Shown here: positions 1 through 8,550 of the stretch, piece after piece
Numbering within the stretch: position 1 is the stretch's first letter
Layout: each line of letters starts with the position of its first letter
Virus record (IMG/VR): IMGVR_UViG_2531839374_000009
Span: 1-12,066 of that record
Source of the DNA: a virus
Taxonomy: Duplodnaviria > Heunggongvirae > Uroviricota > Caudoviricetes
Reading direction: 5' to 3' (one strand)
DNA: 12,066 nucleotides
The notes under the pieces: model-generated
The model's input: only the letters and a program-made list of their open reading frames with translations
Told to the model about the DNA's origin: nothing
Database searches by the model: none
Made by a program: the position numbers and the translations under genes

Positions 1-195
1 GAGCATACCTGGATGATTGAGAAAGCTGGAATAGTGGTCCACAAATACCCGCGCAATCCGTTTACCGGAAACCGCATTTTTGCTCTGAGCTGCGGCGACA
101 ATCAGTTCGGGCAGGATTTCACGTTGTACGAAGCGCTACGCACAGTTGATCGCCTTCTTTACGGAGAAAATTTTATTAAACAGGCTGAGTTATAA
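1..195 (+). CDS. 3' end of a hypothetical protein (5'-partial; frame open from window edge, stop at 193-195)
   Basis: Frame-1 ORF open from nt 1; co-oriented with downstream operon; no recognisable motif. Confidence 0.35.
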   Translation, partial: EHTWMIEKAGIVVHKYPRNPFTGNRIFALSCGDNQFGQDFTLYEALRTVDRLLYGENFIKQAEL

Positions 196-236
196 CAGCG
201 GGTTTATCACCGGTTATTTTTAACGAGGACTCCGTT

Positions 237-479
237 ATGAGAAAACACACAGCAGAACAGGTAAACGAATTTCTGCAGGGATATTACTTCGATAACGAAA
301 TTAATCCCCGCGCCAGAAAAACACACTTCGAAGTAATGAAGTGCGGAATATTCAGCGTCCGCAACACCCTGTTTTGTTCAAAAGATACGGGAGCCAGCGA
401 GGACCTTAAAGAACTTAACCGGATGGCGAAACAATTAACGGATGGCATGGTTCCCGAACCCGCAATAATTACGGAGTAA
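237..479 (+). CDS. hypothetical phage early protein (80 aa)
   Basis: ATG with GAGGA ~9 nt upstream; compact spacing to neighbouring genes; no motif recognised. Confidence 0.5.
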   Translation: MRKHTAEQVNEFLQGYYFDNEINPRARKTHFEVMKCGIFSVRNTLFCSKDTGASEDLKELNRMAKQLTDGMVPEPAIITE

Positions 480-484
480 TCACG

Positions 485-670
485 ATGAATTTCAGTTATT
501 CATTCAGTGTACCGGAGTCGTTATTTGTTATCACACTGATTGCAGCCGCAATGTTTTTTGCCATCTGCATACTGACACTTATTGATACATGGCGGGAAAT
601 ACGCGACAGACGTCGCCAGAGAAAAAACGGGATGCATACAACGCATTCATTCAGCACAAAGAAGACGTAG
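485..670 (+). CDS. small single-pass membrane protein (61 aa) with Arg-rich C-terminus
   Basis: Hydrophobic stretch LFVITLIAAAMFFAICILTLI followed by REIRDRRRQRKNG; starts 6 nt after upstream stop. Confidence 0.45.
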   Translation: MNFSYSFSVPESLFVITLIAAAMFFAICILTLIDTWREIRDRRRQRKNGMHTTHSFSTKKT

Positions 671-766
671 AGCGTAAAGCACGCCGCCTCTTTAGTTAAT
701 TAACCGGTTTCGTTAATACACCGCTCACGCGGCGGGATTCGCACAATCTGAATAAGGGAAATAAAA

Positions 767-1192
767 ATGATTAATCCGACACTCACCCTCAAAGATAAAG
801 CCCTTGCGGGCGCAATGTTTTTACGCAACTACGCCGCAATGATGGCTGACACTGACAACCCGATGATGGTGCTGTCAGTGGAGCCTCACCTTATCGCCGC
901 AGACGCAATTGAACAGGTGGTACAGGAAAACACCTGTCTGAGAAATCAGCTTGCCACCCTTCAGACAGCAGCTGACCCGGCAAAGGAAAGTGCTGAACAC
1001 ACCTGCCACACCACATTCATCAAAGGGACCCGCGTATGTCTGAAAAACAGTCCGCAGCAACGCGGAACGGTCGTTGACACCCGCACCAGTAGCCCCGCAT
1101 TGACCGGGTTTTTCGTCCGTTTTCGATTTCCCCCCTTCGAGGAAGACCGCTGGGTAAAGACCAGAAACCTGGAAATAACCCCCGACAAATGA
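767..1192 (+). CDS. hypothetical phage protein (141 aa)
   Basis: ATG preceded by AAGGGA; stop overlaps next start (ATGA at 1189-1192). Confidence 0.55.
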   Translation: MINPTLTLKDKALAGAMFLRNYAAMMADTDNPMMVLSVEPHLIAADAIEQVVQENTCLRNQLATLQTAADPAKESAEHTCHTTFIKGTRVCLKNSPQQRGTVVDTRTSSPALTGFFVRFRFPPFEEDRWVKTRNLEITPDK

Positions 1193-1442
1193 AGCTGATT
1201 ATCCCTGCGCGACACCGCAAAAACCGGATGAAGCCAGGGGGAAAGCCGGAGCGGGCAGCAAGGGCGGCATACCGTCGCCTGCTGAAGGGGGACCGGTCAC
1301 ACGTGCGACGGCTGGAGCGGGTACCGCCCGCGTCATCAACGTCATGTACCGTTACCGGCTGTTAAGTCTGGACGAAGGCCGGACATGGGTACTGCTTAAC
1401 CATAACGAATACGTGAAGAGGATAAGACGATGTTACAGATGA
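1189..1442 (+). CDS. small basic hypothetical protein, apparently interrupted by a 1-nt frameshift near the CCC run at 1327-1329
   Basis: ATGA overlap with upstream gene at 1189; frame-1 part ends 1365; protein-like frame-3 continuation (ARVINVMYRYRLLSLDEGRTWVLLNHNEYVKRIRRCYR) ends in an ATGA overlap with the next gene at 1439-1442. Confidence 0.3.
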
Positions 1443-1929
1443 AATTTAAGCCCTGCTTTATTGACGCATTCCGCAACGGACGCAAGACCACATCCCTTCG
1501 CCCGACGGGTTTGATTGCTACCAGGCGGGCCAGGAGTCAGCAGAATATTTTCATGAAGACACCCTGACCCGCAACATCGTTCTTCCCGATTACAGCGCCG
1601 GCGGTACCCTGGTTTTTGAGGAGGGAACCACATTTACCCGCGCATCAGACTTTGCCGGACTCCTGAAAAGACAGCCCTACCGGCAGTATGACAACATTCA
1701 TCTGGTCACAGAAAACAAGAACGGCGAAACCGTGCCGTTCGCCGTGGCCTTCATTGCCGATATCGGTGTAATACAGGGCCGCCAGATAACCGATGAAGTG
1801 GCCGTCAGGGACGGCTTTAACCCTGAAAACCATCCCCGCGACGAACTCTTTGCATTCATGCGGGACACCTGCCACATAGAAAACCCCAAAAACGAACCTA
1901 CTGGCGGTACACCTTCACCCACATCGTGA
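1439..1929 (+). CDS. ASCH (PUA-like) domain protein, interrupted by an apparent 1-nt frameshift near the CCC run at 1501-1503
   Basis: N-terminus MKFKPCFIDAFRNGRKTTSLRP in frame 2 (ASCH-like F..F.d...G.KT.T.R pattern) stops at 1564; long protein-like continuation in frame 1 from ~1504 to stop 1927-1929. Confidence 0.5.
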
Positions 1930-1954
1930 TGTTGTCGCAGTGGAGGGCTGACGC

Positions 1955-2188
1955 ATGAAACCCGCCATTATCTGCATTCTGTGCGAGAGCACTGTCACCG
2001 GCGACCATTACCGCATCAGGGAACGCCACATCAACCCTGACCGTTCGCTGCTGGACAACATCACCGGCCCGGATGATGAACGCGTGATCTGCCTGAACGA
2101 CGGCTCGCAGTTACGCGTGCGCAATATCCGGCGCGAAATCACGCTCGAACCCACCCCATTCACACGCGGGAAAAAAACCGGAGAGTGA
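1955..2188 (+). CDS. hypothetical protein (77 aa)
   Basis: ATG with GGAGGG ~8 nt upstream; stop 3 nt before the dam start. Confidence 0.5.
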   Translation: MKPAIICILCESTVTGDHYRIRERHINPDRSLLDNITGPDDERVICLNDGSQLRVRNIRREITLEPTPFTRGKKTGE

Positions 2189-2191
2189 CGC

Positions 2192-3151
2192 ATGAAAGGT
2201 ATTCTGAACCAGCGCTCACCGCTCAAATGGGCGGGCGGCAAATTCAGTATCATGCCGCAGCTGCGCGAATATTTACCCAAAGCCGCCTGCCTGATCGAAC
2301 CCTTCGTGGGCGGCGGCTCGGTCTTCATGAACACGGATTATGACTATTACGTATTGTGTGACAGCAACCCCGCGCTGATTAATTTCTACCAGCAACTGAC
2401 GACCAACACCACGGAATTAATGGATCGTGCATGGTCGCTCTTTAAGGATGGCGGCACACCGGAAGCCTACAAACGCCATCGCGGGGCATTTAACACCATC
2501 GCGCTGGCCACCGACAGATTACGCGGCGAATCCCTGGAATGGGCAGCGCTGTTTCTGTACCTGAACCGCCATTGCTTTAACGGCCTGTACCGCACCAACC
2601 AAAAAGGCGAATTCAATGTGCCATTCGGCAAACACCGCATGCCTTATTTCCCCTGCCAGGAAATGCGCCTGTTTGCTGATAAAGCCAACGAGACCCAGAC
2701 CCGCTTTATTCACGCGGATTTCCGTACAGCCTTCACAATGCCGGCTGAGATCCGCCGTTTTTCTTCGGTGCACGGCGATATCGCCATTTACTGCGATCCG
2801 CCCTACCTGCCACCGGACGGTAAAGAGGCGTTCACTCACTACAACGGCCGGGCATTTACCCGCAAAGACCACCGTGACCTTGCGGCGCTCATGATGAACG
2901 CCTGGCAGCGTTACGGTATCCACCCGGTGGTCTCCAACAGTGACACCTCCGAAACCCGGCAGATCTATTCCTCGTTTGAGCTGCACACCCTGAGCGTTCG
3001 CCGCGCTGTGGCTGCCAGCAGCAGTGCACGCCAGCAGGCAAAAGAGGTGATTGGTGTTTATCCGCCAGCCCGTGAGGTCCGGATCCGGGATGTCAATGCG
3101 GGCTGGCTGTCTCACATTCCCGCTCCACACCCCACCACGGAGATCATGTAA
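2192..3151 (+). CDS. dam: DNA adenine (N6) methyltransferase, Dam family (alpha-class MTase)
   Basis: Motifs LKWAGGK, EPFVGGGSVF (SAM-binding FxGxG), LFLYLNRHCFNGLYRTN..GEFNVPFG and catalytic DPPY in Dam order; GGAGAG RBS; 319 aa. Confidence 0.9.
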   Translation: MKGILNQRSPLKWAGGKFSIMPQLREYLPKAACLIEPFVGGGSVFMNTDYDYYVLCDSNPALINFYQQLTTNTTELMDRAWSLFKDGGTPEAYKRHRGAFNTIALATDRLRGESLEWAALFLYLNRHCFNGLYRTNQKGEFNVPFGKHRMPYFPCQEMRLFADKANETQTRFIHADFRTAFTMPAEIRRFSSVHGDIAIYCDPPYLPPDGKEAFTHYNGRAFTRKDHRDLAALMMNAWQRYGIHPVVSNSDTSETRQIYSSFELHTLSVRRAVAASSSARQQAKEVIGVYPPAREVRIRDVNAGWLSHIPAPHPTTEIM

Positions 3152-3463
3152 TGGCCGTTATCTATATCGCTGGCCCCATGACGGGGAAGCCTGATTTCAA
3201 CCGCACCGCCTTCACCATGACGGCGACCCGCCTGAGGATGCAGGGTCATACCGTACTCAACCCCGGCAACACTCCCTGACGGGCTGAGATACAGGGACTA
3301 CATGCTTATCGGGAGCGCCATGCTGCACTGTGCCGATGTGATTTACCTGCTGGATGGCTGGGAGGACTCGCCGGGGGCAAAAGAGGAACACGCCACCGCC
3401 CTGAAACTGAATCTGATCATCTCCACACCAGAAAGCCGTAAGGAGGCCAAATCATGTTTCTGA
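3151..3463 (+). CDS. DUF4406-like (nucleoside 2-deoxyribosyltransferase-like) protein, interrupted by an apparent 1-nt insertion in the CCCC run at 3261-3264
   Basis: MAVIYIAGPMTGKPDFNRTAF...GHTVLNP in frame 1 (stop 3277-3279) continues in frame 2 as ..LPDGLRYRDYMLIGSAMLHCADVIYLLDGWEDSPGAKEEH.. (GWE.S.GA..E motif); TAATG overlap with dam stop. Confidence 0.55.
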
Positions 3464-4007
3464 AACCAATGGGGGGACCAGGTAAAGCACCGAAGCACGT
3501 CAGTGCCTGGACACAACAGGAAGACGAACTGCTTATCTCGCTTTATCAGGATCACAGCACATGGCAAATGGCTGAACGACTTCAGCGAACCCGCAGCGCA
3601 GTGATGCACCGGATTCTTTTTTACGTAATCGCGGGTTGATTGGTCGCAAGAGAAAAGCACCGCTGAGTGCAGAAGCCATCGCCTTTCTCACCAAAAACCG
3701 TCACGCAAAAACCGCACGGGAACTGGCCCGGAAGGTGGGACGCAGCGAGTGCACCGTGAGGTACACACTGCATAAACGGGGTTACAGCCTTAAGAAATGC
3801 GGCGAGAGCCACCATTGTGCCAGATACAGCGATCGTCTGACTGAGCTGGTTACGGAGCTACGCGACAGACGCAACATGACGTTCTGCATGATCGCGAAAC
3901 ACATCAACATCACGATGCAAATGCACATCAGCGATGATACGGCGTTTCACCTCTACAACCGCCGGACCGCCGCCGACGCCCTGTTGTACGAACTGCTGCC
4001 GAACTGA
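3454..4007 (+). CDS. putative DNA-binding protein with two HTH/Myb-like repeats, interrupted by an apparent 1-nt deletion in the T6 run at 3617-3622
   Basis: Strong AGGAGG RBS 8 nt upstream of ATG 3454; frame-1 part ends 3637-3639, frame 3 continues directly (..MHRILF / LRNRGLIGRKRKAPLSAEAIAFL..); repeat units WTQQEDELLISLY..WQMAERLQRTRSAV and LSAEAIAFL..AKTARELARKVGRSECTV. Confidence 0.45.
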
Positions 4008-4106
4008 GTGATCATCATGCACACACAAAAAAACCGCTTGCCATGCCGCAATCAGTCAGGTTACATTTCTGCTGCACCTCATAAAACGGGTGCCGGGATT
4101 GAGACC

Positions 4107-4148
4107 CCGCTGACAAACGTAGCGCACAACCGCGCCAGCGGTTTTTTT
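4107..4148 (+). terminator. candidate intrinsic terminator (GC-rich hairpin followed by T7)
   Basis: CCGCTG (4107-4112) pairs with CAGCGG (4136-4141); inner GCGC/GCGC stem; TTTTTTT at 4142-4148; ~100 nt downstream of stop at 4007. Confidence 0.35.
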
Positions 4149-4327
4149 GTGCGTACCGTATCGTCACACCTTTTTCGCATCAGAATTATGGTGGGGCGTA
4201 CAGGGCCGACTTCGGTCGGGCCGGGTTCTGCGTTTGCCGGTAGTCTCAACCCTGTACGTCTCACCACCCCGAGTTTGAGACCTCTGGATGGTGAGTTTTC
4301 AAAACTTACACACGTAGAGGCCACACC

Positions 4328-4558
4328 ATGGCAAACCGCAAACAACAGCGCGCATACGCTGCGCGTCGTCACATCCAGACTGAAATCAACCGCAGACTTT
4401 TCCGCGCCTTCCGCGTCGCGCATATCATGCACATCAATATGCTGCATGAGCGCAGTCACGCACTGTCAAACACCTATTCCGCCGCTGTTTTCAGCTATCT
4501 GGCGGATGATCTGCGCGGGCTTCAGCAGCTCATCCAGCAGCAAAACAAACTCCATTAA
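4328..4558 (+). CDS. hypothetical phage protein (76 aa)
   Basis: ATG with AGAGG upstream; basic helical sequence; lies upstream of the replication gene. Confidence 0.5.
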   Translation: MANRKQQRAYAARRHIQTEINRRLFRAFRVAHIMHINMLHERSHALSNTYSAAVFSYLADDLRGLQQLIQQQNKLH

Positions 4559-4630
4559 TTACGGTACCAGGTCTCTCCTGCACTTTGCGGCGGGAGGCCT
4601 TCGCACATCTTTAACAAAGCGAGGTGCAGC

Positions 4631-5020
4631 ATGATTGACCGTCATGACTTCGTAAAATGGGTGCGCACACAGGACACCCGTCTGGCTCCAAAACTTCAGG
4701 CAATGCTTGATTTCTATCTCCGTGCCCGTGCCAGCCAGGCACGCACCACAAAACCGGAGAACGCAGGCCCCCTTTATTTCATCGTGGACGACTGCTACCG
4801 CGTGGACTTCACACCACACGGTCTGGCCCTGTACACCCTGACGCCACACGGCAACTCCCTGCTGGCGTATTACAACTCCCCGGTCTCCTTATTTGCAGCG
4901 ATGCTGACGCATCGCACTGCTGGCGGCTGCGCTTCCCTGAGTGAATACACCACTGAGTTTAACCGCCTTTCTGCCCTCTTCTCGCAGGAGTGGCAACGCG
5001 TAACGGGATACCAGCCATGA
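4631..5020 (+). CDS. hypothetical phage protein (129 aa), translationally coupled to the replication gene
   Basis: GAGGTG RBS; stop TGA 5018-5020 overlaps ATG 5017 of the next gene. Confidence 0.55.
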   Translation: MIDRHDFVKWVRTQDTRLAPKLQAMLDFYLRARASQARTTKPENAGPLYFIVDDCYRVDFTPHGLALYTLTPHGNSLLAYYNSPVSLFAAMLTHRTAGGCASLSEYTTEFNRLSALFSQEWQRVTGYQP

Positions 5021-7509
5021 GTGAGTTTGCATGGAGCTGGAATGAACCGCAGCCAGCTATTAATCCGGATGACTTCGCGAACTTCAGCCGGTTGCCAAAA
5101 ACCGGACTGCAACACGTCATCCGTTACTACTTTGAGGCGGACAAAAAGGCCCGGGAAGAACAGGAAGCGAAGGAGGAAGCCTTTTTCGCACAATCCGATA
5201 CAGGTAAAAAACTCATGGCATCCCTTGAGGAAGCCGGGCAACGCGAAAGACTGATAAAAAACATCATCAGTAAACGCCAGGAAATAAAGCAAGACCCGGT
5301 GGCCCGTGCCTTTGCCACATTAAAGGCACTACCTGTTTATCTGCGTGAACCACTGAGCCGCCGCCTCTCTTTTTTGCGTAAGAAGCAGGAATCTGACCGC
5401 CAGAAAGGCAAAAAGAGTCGACCAGCAGAGGGCTACGCGCGCAGAACCCTGCGCAAAATATTCAAACGTCTGAAACGCACTGACGGACGCTGGCTGACAC
5501 CGGGTTATTGCTCCCTTGCCGGACGTGAACGCCTGGACGATTTGCTGTACCTGCCGCAGCTCAACAAACACCAGATACAGACGCTGGCCACCATGACGGC
5601 GGCAATGTTCAGCAGCACCTTCGAGACACTCTGCGATGGCTTTGGCGCCAGAGATGGCGAGCTGACCATGGAGGTGGCGCTGAAGGCATATCAGATGCTG
5701 GCACGCATGGCGCTACATCTGCACACCATGCCTCCACATTATGACGCACTGACAACAGACAAAGACCGGAAGAACGAACCGGACACGGAGCTGCTGCCGG
5801 GCGCAATCCTTCGCCTGACCTGTGCGGAATGGTGGAAACGCAAACTGTGGCTGTTACGTTGCGAGTGGCGGGAAGAACAACTCCGCGCCGCCTGTCTGGT
5901 TTCCAGAAAAACATCGCCCTATCTGAGCCAGGACGCGTTGAGCGAGTTTCGCGCACAGCGCGAGAAAACACGCGATTTCCTGAAAAGTTTCATGCTGGAA
6001 AACGAAGACGGGTTCACGATTGATCTCGAGACAGTGTATTACGCGGGAGTAAGTAACCCGGTTCACCGTAAGGCAGAAATGATGGCCACCATGAAAGGGG
6101 CGGAACTTATAGCCGAATCCCGTGGCGACAAAGCGGTGTTTCTGACTGTCACCTGCCCGTCAAAATACCACGCAACAACGGAGAACGGTCATCCGAACCC
6201 CAAATGGAACGGGGCTACCATGCGCGATTCCAGTGATTATCTGGTTAACACTTTTTTTAAAGCCGTTCGTAACAGACTGGACCGCAAGGGCCTGCGCTGG
6301 TATGGCATCCGCACGGTGGAGCCTCACCATGACGGCACCGTGCACTGGCATATGATGGTCTTTGCACATCCTGAAGAAATCGACAGCATCGTGACCATCG
6401 CCCGCGATATTGCCATTCGTGAAGACCGCCACGAGCTGGGCGATGACATAACTCCGCGCTTTAAGGCGGAGTACGTCGACGGTTCGAAAGGTACGCCGAC
6501 CAGCTACATCGCCACCTACATCGGAAAGAACCTGGACAGCCACTCCGTGGATGGCATTGACCCGAAAACAGGCAAACCGCGCATCGACGACGAATCAGGA
6601 AAGACGATGGCAGAAAGCGTGGAACGCGCCATCGGCTGGGCGCGCCTTCACCGGGTCCGCCAGTTCCAGTTCTTTGGCATCCCCTCCCGTCAGGTATGGC
6701 GTGAACTGCGCCGCCTTGCCAGCCAGATGGCACGCAACCCGGAAGGTCCGCAACGGCTGAAGGATGACGCAATGGATGCGGTTCTTGCTGCCGCTGATGC
6801 CGGATGTTTTGCCACCTACATAGAGAAACAGGGCGGCGTACTTGTTCCACGCAAAGACTACCTGATTCGCACCGCCTACGACCTCGCAGATGAGCTGAAC
6901 GATTACGGCGAACAGAGCGTACAGATTTACGGGATCTGGTCGCCACTCATCGGGGAATCCTCCCGTGTGTGCACGCACCCGGATAACTGGAAGCTGGTAA
7001 GACGTAAACCGGAAGCGGAAGACAGCACCCACGAAAATGGTTTTGACCTTCAGGGCGGCCCTGCCGCCCCTTGGACTCGTGGCAATAACTGTCCCGGCGA
7101 CGAAAAAACAGCCGGAACCGGCACAGAAAACAGGCAGCAGGAGAAACGTCTGACACTTCCGGAAAATGGCCTGACACAATGGTTGCAGGGATTGAGCCAT
7201 TACGAGCGGAAACAGCTCATCAGACAGCTTAAAAATCAGCCGCCCGCCACGGATACCGGACAAAATAACACCAGACCAGCATCAGACACCCCTGTCAGGG
7301 TGGAGGTTGTCGTGCCTGTCGACACCACGACCATCGCACAAATCACCCGCGAACTCGACGCGCTGGGTGTGCAGCTGCCTGACGCAGCCATTATTTCCGT
7401 GAGTAACGGTGCCCGCGTTCGCCCGGGCGACGGGCGTATCGCGTACTGGAGCGCCACAACCCGCCGCATCGTCATCACACAGGAGTCGTCAGCGGAGGTA
7501 AGATCATGA
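5017..7509 (+). CDS. rolling-circle replication initiator (HUH endonuclease), P2 gene A-like
   Basis: HUH motif in TVHWHMMVFAHPEE; tyrosine motif YIATYIGKNLD (Y-x3-Y-x2-K); ~830 aa; alternative GTG start at 4990. Confidence 0.85.
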   Translation: MSEFAWSWNEPQPAINPDDFANFSRLPKTGLQHVIRYYFEADKKAREEQEAKEEAFFAQSDTGKKLMASLEEAGQRERLIKNIISKRQEIKQDPVARAFATLKALPVYLREPLSRRLSFLRKKQESDRQKGKKSRPAEGYARRTLRKIFKRLKRTDGRWLTPGYCSLAGRERLDDLLYLPQLNKHQIQTLATMTAAMFSSTFETLCDGFGARDGELTMEVALKAYQMLARMALHLHTMPPHYDALTTDKDRKNEPDTELLPGAILRLTCAEWWKRKLWLLRCEWREEQLRAACLVSRKTSPYLSQDALSEFRAQREKTRDFLKSFMLENEDGFTIDLETVYYAGVSNPVHRKAEMMATMKGAELIAESRGDKAVFLTVTCPSKYHATTENGHPNPKWNGATMRDSSDYLVNTFFKAVRNRLDRKGLRWYGIRTVEPHHDGTVHWHMMVFAHPEEIDSIVTIARDIAIREDRHELGDDITPRFKAEYVDGSKGTPTSYIATYIGKNLDSHSVDGIDPKTGKPRIDDESGKTMAESVERAIGWARLHRVRQFQFFGIPSRQVWRELRRLASQMARNPEGPQRLKDDAMDAVLAAADAGCFATYIEKQGGVLVPRKDYLIRTAYDLADELNDYGEQSVQIYGIWSPLIGESSRVCTHPDNWKLVRRKPEAEDSTHENGFDLQGGPAAPWTRGNNCPGDEKTAGTGTENRQQEKRLTLPENGLTQWLQGLSHYERKQLIRQLKNQPPATDTGQNNTRPASDTPVRVEVVVPVDTTTIAQITRELDALGVQLPDAAIISVSNGARVRPGDGRIAYWSATTRRIVITQESSAEVRS

Positions 7510-7937
7510 CGCGATTTCACTGCACCATGCAGCGTCAGCAGTTCGACGCCGTTATGCGCCAGCGCACGCCAGCCATGACACTGAGAGGCGTAGCCACAAG
7601 ACCACAGCCCGGGGACGAACTGGAAATCACGGTGGCCAGCCCCGATCGCACCACCACAACCACCATCACCGACATACTTAACAGGCGACCGGGCAGTGAA
7701 TATCAGAGCTGGATAGTTGCCGTTCGTCCGCGCCGTTCACCGGAAGAGCCGGAACCACTCACGCCGGCCGGGAAAATCATGCAGAAGTACCACGAAGAGC
7801 AGACCCGCAAACACAATGTCGCGCTGGCCAGAACGCTGACTGCCGTCAATCGCAAGGCCGCACTGACGCAAAGGGTCTTTTTACCGCAGCGCCATTCATG
7901 CGCCAGACCGGCACAACACAGGAGAGATTCACAATGA
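7506..7937 (+). CDS. hypothetical protein downstream of gene A (positional analogue of P2 orf91)
   Basis: ATGA overlap with gene A stop (7506-7509) and with next gene (7934-7937); C-terminal half is low-complexity, possible undetected frameshift. Confidence 0.4.
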   Translation: MTRFHCTMQRQQFDAVMRQRTPAMTLRGVATRPQPGDELEITVASPDRTTTTTITDILNRRPGSEYQSWIVAVRPRRSPEEPEPLTPAGKIMQKYHEEQTRKHNVALARTLTAVNRKAALTQRVFLPQRHSCARPAQHRRDSQ

Positions 7938-8266
7938 GAGAGCAATTACCAGGCACCGTGCCAGCGCAGGAAATCAAAGAAAGTATCAGGCAACAACTTC
8001 ACGGATTTTATATTACTTATGATTTGTGGCTGAAAAACGGAGCAAATCCAGGCAGAATATTTTCGCGAAACTGTGGTTTATGCGCCAGCCTCTGGGATTA
8101 TCTCGAATTAACGGGTGCTGATAAAGAAACAGTACTGGAGCAATTACACGCTGATTTCAGAAGTGCCGGGCTGAATGAGGTGTTACCGTTTAACGAGAAC
8201 AAAGCTCATTACCATGCAGAAAAAAGACACAACATGTGCCATATGAATCCGGCGCGGATTGCATAG
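7934..8266 (+). CDS. hypothetical protein (~110 aa), first gene of the lower-GC cargo island
   Basis: ATG with CAGGAGAG RBS; clear GC drop relative to gene A; no motif recognised; alternative ATG at 7898. Confidence 0.5.
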   Translation: MREQLPGTVPAQEIKESIRQQLHGFYITYDLWLKNGANPGRIFSRNCGLCASLWDYLELTGADKETVLEQLHADFRSAGLNEVLPFNENKAHYHAEKRHNMCHMNPARIA

Positions 8267-8375
8267 GTCAGGGCGCAAACAGGGCAGAACGCCCACGCCA
8301 CAGCCAGTACCAACCGCACAGATAACCAGTCAGATGGCCGGAAATATCCGGGCGTTATTTCCTGAGTAAGCAGAG

Positions 8376-8396
8376 CCAGGGCGGAAACCGCCCTGG
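8376..8396. repeat. perfect 9-bp inverted repeat with 3-nt loop (CCAGGGCGG aaa CCGCCCTGG)
   Basis: Read directly from sequence; an adjacent 7-bp inverted repeat GGAAATA-N9-TATTTCC lies at 8340-8362; neither has a flanking T-tract. Confidence 0.6.
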
Positions 8397-8468
8397 ATGT
8401 AATCAGCAGAGAGTGTGAACCCACACCACATCACACTCCATGAAATTTGCATAATTTAATTATGATTT

Positions 8469-8497
8469 TTGCAACTCTCCATTCATAATGTTAGTAA
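8469..8497 (+). promoter_or_regulatory. candidate sigma70 promoter for the HTH-peptidase gene
   Basis: -35 TTGCAA (8469-8474), 17-nt spacer, -10 TAGTAA (8492-8497); AT-rich; ~50 nt upstream of ATG 8551 with AGGTGA RBS. Confidence 0.25.
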
Positions 8498-8550
8498 TAA
8501 TTAACCAATCTAAACCCATAAGAGCCACCATTGTTAAATTCAGGTGACGT

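Noticed and set aside
2519-3130. 203-aa minus-strand ORF
   Set aside because: Lies entirely antisense within the strongly supported dam gene; typical GC-rich shadow ORF.
4008-4634. 208-aa plus-strand ORF
   Set aside because: Low-complexity translation (Ser run, no motifs) that crosses hairpins, an A7 run and the T7 terminator-like tract and overlaps the well-supported gene at 4328-4558; judged a non-coding read-through frame.
5609-7263. Several minus-strand ORFs (5609-5971, 6160-6543, 6461-6946, 6595-7263)
   Set aside because: All are antisense within the replication gene A, have Arg/Cys-rich low-complexity translations and no RBS context; treated as shadow ORFs.
8209-8424. 71-aa minus-strand ORF
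   Set aside because: Overlaps the 3' end of the 7934-8266 gene and the palindromic intergenic region; hydrophobic junk-like translation with no RBS.
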